A stretch of 52,584 nt of DNA from Candidatus Bathyarchaeota archaeon (GTDB lineage Archaea; Thermoproteota; Bathyarchaeia; Bathyarchaeales; DTEX01): contig QMXE01000001.1 of NCBI GenBank assembly GCA_003661975.1, forward strand, positions 1-52,584. The letters run 5' to 3'. Under the pieces are notes generated by a model. That model did no database searches. It saw only the letters and a list, made by a program, of their open reading frames with translations, and was not told where the DNA came from. The position numbers were made by a program, and so were the translations under genes. Below are positions 15,691 through 23,821 of the stretch, in pieces; the stretch's first letter is position 1; each line of letters begins with the position of its first letter.

Positions 15691-18235
15691 CTTCAGCCCC
15701 GACTAGAATTATGGATACTTCCTCATCAACGCTGAGGTCTCCGGTCTTGATTAGGACGAGGTCTCTATCTTCATCATAATGCCAGCCTTCATCGAGTGTG
15801 AGGAGGGAATCTACACTTGAAGACATTGCGATTTCCCTGCCTTTTAAGAAGACTTTCACTGGGCGAGATATCGCATTAACCTTGATGATATACGTTCTCT
15901 TATGAGGCTTCCCAGCGTACCATCCTAGGAGAGGGCCAATTTTGAGGGTTATTCCTGACTTTTTCGTTTCACATCTGAATCTCTGAGTCGCATACATTCC
16001 GTTCTTATACTCAAATGTCACGCCGTCATCCTGGTATAAAACGAATTCGGAACTACCCGAAGGAGGAGGATAGACATGCAGAGTTATCGGATCGATGGGT
16101 CTCTCTCCCGTATAGTTCATTAATGGACCCATAGGTATTATAGATCCTGCCTTAACGAATACTGCCTGTCTTCTTCCAGAAGGCAAGTCATACTCAATGT
16201 ATGAAGGCCCAAAGTAGACTTTTCCTGTCCAGTAATCGATCCATATGCCGGGTGGAAGGTAGACGGTTCTGAATCCAGTTGAGACGAGTGGTGCGACGAG
16301 GAAGGCCTCGCCGAACATATATTCCCAGTCAACATTCCAGGCGTCTGCATCATGCTGGTACTCTAGGACTATTGCACGGATTATGGGAAGCCCAGTCTCA
16401 TGTGCGATCCTAGCGTACGTATAGATGTAGGGCGCTAACCTAATATGCAGACGCGCATCCTCTATTATATATCTATTCTTTGGGCTTAAGGGGTATTCCT
16501 GATGTCCATGCCCAATCATGGGTGTCCACACTCCGCATACATGTTCCGGAGCATTCCAGTAGGGGAAACCGGACAATCCCACATTTATTCCAAACCTCAA
16601 TGCGATCTGGGGAGCCGCATCATATCTGTCGCCGACAAAAAGAAGGGATGTGTATCTCTGGCCGCCTATATAATCGGATATAGGCGTCATCACAAATGGT
16701 CTGCGATTCAACGTCTCACTTAGAACATCATATGTTATCTTAGTGTAAAGTATCGGGTAGAGATTGTTCACCTCGGCACCGGAGCCTTCATAATATCTAA
16801 GCTCCTCGCCATCTGGAGTGTTATATCCGGCTGAAAGGGAGTCCAGCTTAACTCCATCAAAGCTGAAATTCAGAATCCATCGTCTCCGTATGCCTTGCCA
16901 CCACTCTGATGCCTTCGGGTTAGTGAAATCCACCATGACGTAATCCTCAGTTAGCTTGCTTGGGTAATAGGTGAATGTGCGGATAGCGGGGTTTTTGCCG
17001 TCTGGCTCCATAACGAAGTATCCCCGCTCCAAGCCTACTCTCCAACTGGGCCAAGGACCCGGAAGCACCCATGACTTTTCCCACCAACAAACCTTATAAC
17101 CCATACTATGCAATTCATTCATTAATGCATGTGGATCCCAGACTCCAGAGGCGAATTTGACTCCTAAAGTTCCGGCTTTTGAGTATGCACCTAAGACTAT
17201 AGCCTCCACCGGGAAGCTCATCATACGAAACCTTTTAGCCAATGCGATAAGCTCCGTCTGGTTTTTAGGCGGTGGGGGATTAGTATGGGCGGTGGTGTAA
17301 ATGTACCCGGCGAATGCCCAATATGGAGGCAGAGGAGGTTTTCCGGCTATCTCAGAGTATTCCATGAGTATATCCTTCAAGCTCGGTCCAAGGATTATAT
17401 AGTAGTCGAGCTGACTCTCCTTCACTAGGAATGAGTACTCCTCAGGATGGGTTGCTGCTAAATCCCAGATGCTTGTGGCAGCCGTGTTGACCATGAGGCC
17501 ATAACCCTTAGAACTCATAAAGAATGGCGAGTAATGGTTTCTGAAGAGCTCAAACCTCTTCCTCTCCCCCTCCATCCTCGAGGCCGTTCTGCGAATATCC
17601 ATACGTTCTCCTCGATGGTTTAGCGGCGCCTCATTTGCTCGATACCTATATCTATAATCGACTCCTTGATCCGCGAATCCTAGGAAAGCCTCGTCTCGAG
17701 GCGAGTGCATAACCTCGAACACTGCCAATTTTGATTTGTGATATCCCATCCCCCAACTTTCTGATTCCTTTAAGATGAGATTTCCGTCTTTATCATAGAT
17801 GGATATTCGGAATGGATCCTTTGAGGCTAGCAACAGGGCCGCCTCGGTCTCAATCGATAATGAGGCGTCATCCTCGCTTACATTAAACTTCGGTTTAGGC
17901 CACTTCGATGTGTCCTCTAAAAAGCCGTATTTTACGAGTCTAGGCTTGTAAAATTTCTTTAGAGGTGTCATCATAATCCTTATTATATTGGGCCTAGTCA
18001 CTTCTATTCTAACGGTCACATTCTCATTCGATGTTGATAAGCATGAGATCTCAACGCATCCACCGTCCAGAGTCCAGGAGAGCATTCTCCTAAGGAGGAT
18101 GAAGTCCTTACGGTTTATCTTTTCGGGTACTTTCTCTCCAACCCTATCTTGTCTGGGAAGCCCAGAGAATATCAAAATAAAAATTAATAATGTGACTGCC
18201 AGAATTGGCGGGATGCCTTTCCTCCAAGCCTTCAA
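15665..18235 (-). CDS. Membrane-anchored GH31 alpha-glucosidase / alpha-xylosidase family enzyme
   Basis: 856 aa with an N-terminal TM anchor (IPPILAVTLLIFILIFSGL). GH31-like blocks are FDGVKLDSLSAG (nucleophile region, compare KTD in YicI-type enzymes), LLFVGDRYDA and EYMFGEAFLVAPLV. The TTG start at 18235 overlaps the TGA of the upstream fragment. Confidence 0.75.
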   Translation of the reverse strand: MKAWRKGIPPILAVTLLIFILIFSGLPRQDRVGEKVPEKINRKDFILLRRMLSWTLDGGCVEISCLSTSNENVTVRIEVTRPNIIRIMMTPLKKFYKPRLVKYGFLEDTSKWPKPKFNVSEDDASLSIETEAALLLASKDPFRISIYDKDGNLILKESESWGMGYHKSKLAVFEVMHSPRDEAFLGFADQGVDYRYRYRANEAPLNHRGERMDIRRTASRMEGERKRFELFRNHYSPFFMSSKGYGLMVNTAATSIWDLAATHPEEYSFLVKESQLDYYIILGPSLKDILMEYSEIAGKPPLPPYWAFAGYIYTTAHTNPPPPKNQTELIALAKRFRMMSFPVEAIVLGAYSKAGTLGVKFASGVWDPHALMNELHSMGYKVCWWEKSWVLPGPWPSWRVGLERGYFVMEPDGKNPAIRTFTYYPSKLTEDYVMVDFTNPKASEWWQGIRRRWILNFSFDGVKLDSLSAGYNTPDGEELRYYEGSGAEVNNLYPILYTKITYDVLSETLNRRPFVMTPISDYIGGQRYTSLLFVGDRYDAAPQIALRFGINVGLSGFPYWNAPEHVCGVWTPMIGHGHQEYPLSPKNRYIIEDARLHIRLAPYIYTYARIAHETGLPIIRAIVLEYQHDADAWNVDWEYMFGEAFLVAPLVSTGFRTVYLPPGIWIDYWTGKVYFGPSYIEYDLPSGRRQAVFVKAGSIIPMGPLMNYTGERPIDPITLHVYPPPSGSSEFVLYQDDGVTFEYKNGMYATQRFRCETKKSGITLKIGPLLGWYAGKPHKRTYIIKVNAISRPVKVFLKGREIAMSSSVDSLLTLDEGWHYDEDRDLVLIKTGDLSVDEEVSIILVGAEVAYGSQIR

Positions 18236-19482
18236 TCAGCCGCCTCCGCTATTGAGCCGTAAAAGATCGGTTGCTCCTTTACTAATTCCTTTATCTGCTC
18301 GTAAGTTTGGAATTCTGGAGCTAAAGCATCATATTTGTAGTAGCTGCCAAAGGCAAGTTTCACAGCGTCTCTTCCGATGAATCCTCCATGAACGGGATAG
18401 ATGAACATTATGCCTTCTCCTTAAAGAATTCATCAAGGCTTCTTATTAACTCTCTCTGCTCTTCTCTGCTTAGTTGCTGGCTAAAGACGCCGAGTGGAAT
18501 ATCCCGTGCTAACGGAGCAGCTGGATATGACCATTCAATAAGCGCGAATATCAGAATCTCACCGTATTTCTCTTTAATCTTGCTTATCATCCTCGTCCAT
18601 CTATCTTCATCAGGCCTCTTTTCCTTGATCTCCGCCACGGTGGGTGAAACAGTTACAAAATTAAGTTTTCGGCGTTGGGTATGGAAGATCGATTTGAGCG
18701 TTTGAGCCAACCCATATCTTCCTGCCCTTTGATTCAGCATATTCCCTAATCTTTAATACTATCTTTTCGGCGGCCTTGAGGGCTCCTTCTATTGCTTTAT
18801 GCTCTCATCCCCCACCAGCCTATAAAAGGCTCCTGCCTGCCAGAATAAGTCATCTAACCAGAGAGCATCAACAACAGCATCAATCTGAGACTTAGCGAAG
18901 CTCAATATTAAATCTTGAAATTTCGGGTTTAGAATGTCCGGGAAGATGTAGTTTTCATCCTCAGGAACCCTCCAGTAACTCTTATGAAACTCGATCCTTG
19001 TCATGTTAAAACCGTATTTTTGGGGTTAAGAGTCATCTGCCAAACCTCCTCTTCGGGGATCATCCTCTTATGATAAGGGTCATATTCAATCCTGTTCAGA
19101 TCTTGCACTGCTAAGCCTCCAACGAATATCAAATCTGGATTCTCCTCCTTGATCTGTTGGATGCATTTCTTAAGCACGCCATAAACATCCGTCTGACGTT
19201 CCACCGTCGCCATTCCCCGCCATCTGAAATAGCCCAAAAAGAGAAGGTCAGCCCCAAGTTCTTTTAGGATTATGTTAATATCATCGATACTTCTCATCTT
19301 GTCTATAACAACTCCATATAAGATGGCCACTTTAACCTCTGATAACTCCGTTTCCTCTATTCTCTCCTTTGCCCTTTTCTCTAAAGCTCCCTTGACGGAC
19401 TAAAGTGTATCCAGAGGAACCCTAGAGCCAAAACGGAAATTACAATCATGGCCAATAAAATTCTTTGGTTAATCTTCCTCAT
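18232..19482 (-). pseudogene. Frameshifted gene for a membrane-anchored, probably TIM-barrel glycosidase-like protein (first gene of the GH31/GH38 operon)
   Basis: ATG 19482 opens a TM-anchor ORF (MRKINQRILLAMIVISVLALGFLWIH) that stops at TAG 19383..19381. A second frame is open from 19399 to 19001 without a proper start. Further pieces follow at 18789..19004, an unlisted frame (AIEGALKAAEKIVLKIREYAESKGRKIWVGS..), 18408..18740, and an unlisted 58-aa ORF at 18232..18408. The motif NPKFQDLILSFAKSQIDAVVDALWLDDLFW resembles the 'vDG.w.DD.f' strand of GH-like TIM barrels. Confidence 0.5.
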
Positions 19483-19832
19483 CTTTACTCCTCTATCTGA
19501 GAGTATTTCAAAACAATTTTAAGGTTTTTAGTATTACATAGGCCCATAAGCCTAAATACTTTTGATTTAAGAAGATTTCTTATGGCGAGTAGGAGCCTTC
19601 TTTGTCCTTTCCTGCCTCCTGAGACCAGTATAAGAGCAAGCCTCATACGATACAAAAGAGATAAGAGAGTATCTTAAGAGGAGATGGATAAAGACGGAGA
19701 AGGGTCGAAACAGGGGAATGAGGCAAAACGAAGGAGCCTATAGACGCATGAGGAACGCCACCGAGAATTTCTTTATGAATGCAAGTTCTGATGCTGACAA
19801 AAAGGTGCCATGAACGGCCATTATCATTTACG

Positions 19833-20984
19833 TCATTTATATCTGTGTTTATCCGCCTCTTCAATAGTCTCTAAATATGCATCTTCGTAGAGCTTTCCAA
19901 CTCTGTCAATGGAGAATCTCTCGACTGCTTTCCTTCTTGCTTGCTTAGACATAACCAACCAATCGTTTGGGGATGACAGGATGCATTTTATTGCTCCTCC
20001 AAGCTCTATTGGATCTCCTGGATTAACTAGGATCCCTTCATTGCCGCATTTTATTATTTCTGGTATGCCTCCTACTCTAGTGGCTACAACAGGGGTTCCC
20101 GAGGACAGAGCCTCCAGTAGCACGACGCCAAAGCTCTCACCTGCGAGGCTTGGGAGAACGAATACTTTGGCCATCGCGTAAATTCGAGGCTTTTCTACCT
20201 CCTTGACTGCGCCCATAAACGTGATATCTTCAATGTTGGAGGCCATTATCTTGAGAAAAGGCTCCATATATCCCTTGCCAGCTATAATGAGACGGGCTCT
20301 TACCCCGCATCTCCTAAGATGTTTCATGGCCCTTATGAGTATGTGAACTCCTTTTCTACGCACAAGTCTGCCCAAGTAAAGGATTGCATCCTCCCTAAGG
20401 TGAAATGGCACATACGGCTTAAATTCATCCGTATCCACGGCGTTCGGAATGACCTTCACTTCGCCCTTCAGATCAAGGAATCTCCTTATGAAATCAGCTG
20501 CAGAGTAACTTACGGCAGTAACAAGTGTTGGTTTAAGTAACCATCTATGTGGGGTTATATAGGAAATCCTCATCCAGTGATTAATATTATTAGTTGGTGG
20601 TAGAGAGTGGTTTGTAAGAATACATGGTATTTTAAGTTTCGATGAGGCTCCAACAGCAATTAATGAGAGAGGAGTAAAAGAGTGATGCACATGCACGATA
20701 TCAGGCTTTATCCTCTTAATAGCACATTTTACCTCTTGAATGGAAGGAGGAACTATATGATAATCGAGGGGGAATACAGCCTTTACTTTTATGGCATTCT
20801 GACATTTGCATTCCCCTTCCTTGAATAATACGCTTACTTCATGTCCCCTGCTAATAAGCCATTTCGAGAGCAGCTTGACTTGTGATGCTACACCCCCATA
20901 TATGCATGGTGACCACTCTGTGACCATAAGTATCCTCAAAGCGACCACCACGAGGAGAGCGTTACTGAGACTACGAATAGGCAA
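19833..20984 (-). CDS. Glycosyltransferase, GT4 family (GT-B fold)
   Basis: C-terminal E-x7-E region ESFGVVLLEALSSGTPVVATRVGGIPEII, N-terminal GG(V/I) loop (YGGVASQV), length 383 aa. Confidence 0.85.
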   Translation of the reverse strand: MPIRSLSNALLVVVALRILMVTEWSPCIYGGVASQVKLLSKWLISRGHEVSVLFKEGECKCQNAIKVKAVFPLDYHIVPPSIQEVKCAIKRIKPDIVHVHHSFTPLSLIAVGASSKLKIPCILTNHSLPPTNNINHWMRISYITPHRWLLKPTLVTAVSYSAADFIRRFLDLKGEVKVIPNAVDTDEFKPYVPFHLREDAILYLGRLVRRKGVHILIRAMKHLRRCGVRARLIIAGKGYMEPFLKIMASNIEDITFMGAVKEVEKPRIYAMAKVFVLPSLAGESFGVVLLEALSSGTPVVATRVGGIPEIIKCGNEGILVNPGDPIELGGAIKCILSSPNDWLVMSKQARRKAVERFSIDRVGKLYEDAYLETIEEADKHRYK

Positions 20985-21736
20985 TCTATGAAACGTTCCC
21001 AGCCAAACTTATATCCCAGAAAGAATGAGACAAGGAAAATTATGGAAGTTAAAGGAATGGCGTATGATAGAAGATGAGAAGACGAGAATGCAGTCAATAA
21101 CAAACCGACGAGTATTAAGGTAAGTCTTGAAGCCTCTGGATGAGCCACTGCCGTCGTATGATCTCCAGCGGTCATATCATATATGCGATCCTCACGTAAA
21201 TTCCTTAGCTGTAAGAAGATCGAATATAATGAGAGAAGTATGGGCTTAGCCCAGCTGAGTAGATGGATCTCTCCTCCCCCTATGAAATATCCATAGAGAT
21301 ATAGTAACCCTCCAAAGAAGAATGCATGCGAAATCACGTCAAAGAATGACCTGCCTTTCAATCTGATTGGAGGGACGCTATAGGCTATTGCCAGGCATGA
21401 CATGAACATATAAAGCATAAACATACCGAGATCGAGCGCATATAAGCAGAGAATGGCCAATATATGATTTGTCAATAAAATTATGACATGTTTTCTGTCA
21501 CATTTACGGGAGCATAGAAGATTATTCTTTGATGGGTTCGATGAGTCAGAATCCACATCGAACAGATCATTCACTGCAAATGCCATTGCCAGATAGGATA
21601 CTATTGTATACGCGAAAAGAGGATTGAAAGTTAAGGATTTTGCTCCATCAATGTAACCGATTATAGCCATCCAGAGGTACGCCTTCCATCCCAAAGGCCT
21701 TGATAATCCGATGATGCACTTCAAGGAGTTTTTCAT
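20936..21736 (-). CDS. UbiA-family prenyltransferase
   Basis: Polytopic 266-aa protein with the first Asp-rich motif NDLFDVDSD (NDxxDxxxD). A second acidic region, LREDRIYDMTAGDHT, is also present. The gene overlaps the GT4 gene by 49 nt. Confidence 0.75.
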   Translation of the reverse strand: MKNSLKCIIGLSRPLGWKAYLWMAIIGYIDGAKSLTFNPLFAYTIVSYLAMAFAVNDLFDVDSDSSNPSKNNLLCSRKCDRKHVIILLTNHILAILCLYALDLGMFMLYMFMSCLAIAYSVPPIRLKGRSFFDVISHAFFFGGLLYLYGYFIGGGEIHLLSWAKPILLSLYSIFLQLRNLREDRIYDMTAGDHTTAVAHPEASRLTLILVGLLLTAFSSSHLLSYAIPLTSIIFLVSFFLGYKFGWERFIDCLFVVSVTLSSWWSL

Positions 21737-21826
21737 TTGCTGCTCATTGCTATAATATGGAGGAGCAATTGATTTATAATTTTCTAAAAATTCATAATTT
21801 ATTGAAAATTATCTTTTAGGGCTTTT

Positions 21827-22417
21827 ATGACATCGATTTTGCCGCAAAATGAATTACTGTTATATTTAACCATGAAAAAACTACTTTCAGGTGATGAGAT
21901 GCGCGTTGAATCATGCATTGCCGAAGATTTCATTTCGATGATCTCAAAATTAATCTCTAAGCTTGGCTTAGGCGAGGCTGTTGGGAAGATATTCACTTCT
22001 CTACTGCTTCATGGAGGATACCTAACGCAGGATGAACTTACCCGGTTGACTGGTTATAGCACAGGTCTCATTAGCAGTAGTCTCTCATTTCTCGAGGCCA
22101 TCGGCTTAGTCACTCATAAGAAGAAAGGAAGAAAAAAGCTGTATAAGGCTGTAAGATCGATTTTAGATGTCCTTGAACGCTTCTTTCAAGAGATAGTTGA
22201 GCGACAATTATCTTCCACAATAAATTATCTCAGGAAGAATATTTCTTGCCTCAGCGAAGAACATAGAAAGAATATGGAGAAGTTACTTCTAGAATGCGAA
22301 AAAGCAAGATTGCTCTTGGAACTAAATATTAAGTGCCTTAGGCAGATGAAGGCTCTTCCCCTTAAAGACTTTGCGGAAAAGATCAGATTTCAAGACATCC
22401 AAGATATTTCAATTTAG
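21827..22417 (+). CDS. Winged-helix transcriptional regulator, GbsR/MarR-like
   Basis: GLGEAVGKIFTSLLLHGGYLTQDELTRLTGYSTGLISSSLSFLEAIGLVTHKKKGRKKLYKA matches the GbsR/MarR-type wHTH pattern. The true start may be an internal ATG (MKKLL at about 21872). It is divergent from the UbiA/GT4 pair. Confidence 0.6.
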   Translation: MTSILPQNELLLYLTMKKLLSGDEMRVESCIAEDFISMISKLISKLGLGEAVGKIFTSLLLHGGYLTQDELTRLTGYSTGLISSSLSFLEAIGLVTHKKKGRKKLYKAVRSILDVLERFFQEIVERQLSSTINYLRKNISCLSEEHRKNMEKLLLECEKARLLLELNIKCLRQMKALPLKDFAEKIRFQDIQDISI

Positions 22418-22558
22418 TATGATGGAAGATGAGAGATCCTTTAAGTCATGTGAGAGTTTTTTACAGGCCAAGATTACTTCATCGATTATTAGCCCAAAAT
22501 TCTTTAAGCAGAGGAGTATTGACTTTGTAGGGGGCTCATTCATTTGGATGGTGAGTTG

Positions 22559-23821
22559 ATGAAGATGTCATTCCATTTGGAGTGTATAGGTTGCGGATCG
22601 AGGTATGATCCCGATCAGGTGATCTATACTTGCAGAAGATGCGGTGATCTTTTGTCAGTTGAATTTGATCTTTCAGATGTTCCGGGGAATATTGAGGATG
22701 CTTGGAGAGGGAGACCTTTATCCGTTTGGCGTTATAGAGAGCTCCTTCCGGTGAGCACGTTTGAGCGTCGAGTGAGCCTAGGCGAGGGTGGAACTTCACT
22801 TAACAGATGCATAAGACTCTCCGATAAAATTGGATTGAAGAATCTTTACGTTAAGAACGAGGGTGAAAATCCGACTGGATCATTCAAGGATAGAGGCATG
22901 ACAGTTGGAGTTACTAAGGCCCTCGAGCTTGGAATGGTTAGGGTTGCATGTGCCTCGACTGGAAATACATCAGCCTCCCTTGCTGCGTATGCGGCAAGGG
23001 CTGGAATAGAATGTATAGTTCTGATTCCATCCGGTAAGATAGCATTCGGAAAATTGACCCAAGCCATAATTCATGGGGCTAAGGTAATACAGGTCAAGGG
23101 AAATTTCGATGAGGCTCTTAGGATAGTCAGAAGGATATGCCACACTCATAGAATATATCTGCTCAATTCAGTTAATCCTTTCCGTCTGGAGGGCCAAAAG
23201 ACGGCGGCCTTCGAGATACGCGACCAGCTATGCGGGAAGGTTCCAGATAAAATCGTGATTCCAGTCGGTAATGCAGGAAACATCAGCGCCTACTGGAAGG
23301 GCTTCATGGAGCTTCACAAGATCGGCTTAATCGATGATCTTCCACAGATGATTGGCATACAAGCTGAGGGTGCAGCGCCAATCGCGAATTCCCTCAAAAA
23401 GGGATTGGACTTCATCGAGTTTGTTGAGAATCCTGAGACGGTTGCAACCGCCATTAGAATAGGCTCTCCGGTTAATTGGAAGAAGGCTGTTAGAGCCATT
23501 AAGGAATCCAGAGGCACAGTGGAGAAGGTCTCTGATAAGGAGATACTAGAGGCTCAAAGGCTTCTAGCTCAGCTAGAGGGAATATTCGTTGAGCCTGCAA
23601 GTGCGGCTTCAATAGCCGGATTGATAAGGCTAGTCAATGAAGGCTTGATAGATAAGGATGAAACCGTCGTTTGCATACTTACTGGGCATGGGCTTAAGGA
23701 TCCAGATATAGTTGTAAGGCAGTTTGCAAGGCCGATCGAGGTTGAGGCGACTGAAGAAGCAGTTATAGATGCGATCATGAGAAAAGAGAAAATAGCTGTA
23801 GGCGTGCACTACTCAATGTAG
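22559..23821 (+). CDS. thrC: Threonine synthase
   Basis: N-terminal Cys4 ribbon (CIGC..CRRC), PLP-lysine motif NPTGSFKDRG, ASTGNTSASLAAYAA, phosphate loop PVGNAGNISAYWKG, LEGIFVEPASA, ILTGHGLKDPD. The ORF track starts at TTG 22544; ATG 22559 is preferred. Confidence 0.9.
   Translation: MKMSFHLECIGCGSRYDPDQVIYTCRRCGDLLSVEFDLSDVPGNIEDAWRGRPLSVWRYRELLPVSTFERRVSLGEGGTSLNRCIRLSDKIGLKNLYVKNEGENPTGSFKDRGMTVGVTKALELGMVRVACASTGNTSASLAAYAARAGIECIVLIPSGKIAFGKLTQAIIHGAKVIQVKGNFDEALRIVRRICHTHRIYLLNSVNPFRLEGQKTAAFEIRDQLCGKVPDKIVIPVGNAGNISAYWKGFMELHKIGLIDDLPQMIGIQAEGAAPIANSLKKGLDFIEFVENPETVATAIRIGSPVNWKKAVRAIKESRGTVEKVSDKEILEAQRLLAQLEGIFVEPASAASIAGLIRLVNEGLIDKDETVVCILTGHGLKDPDIVVRQFARPIEVEATEEAVIDAIMRKEKIAVGVHYSM

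Noticed and set aside
19483-19832. 350-nt gap between the GT4 gene and the glycosidase operon, including a 53-aa minus ORF (19485..19646, MRLALILVSGGRKGQRR..) whose start recalls a PP-loop SGGxDS motif
   Set aside because: The motif is incomplete (SGGRKG) and the ORF is short. The rest has no family resemblance, and no structured-RNA signature was seen. It is most likely promoter/leader sequence of the operon or fully eroded coding sequence.
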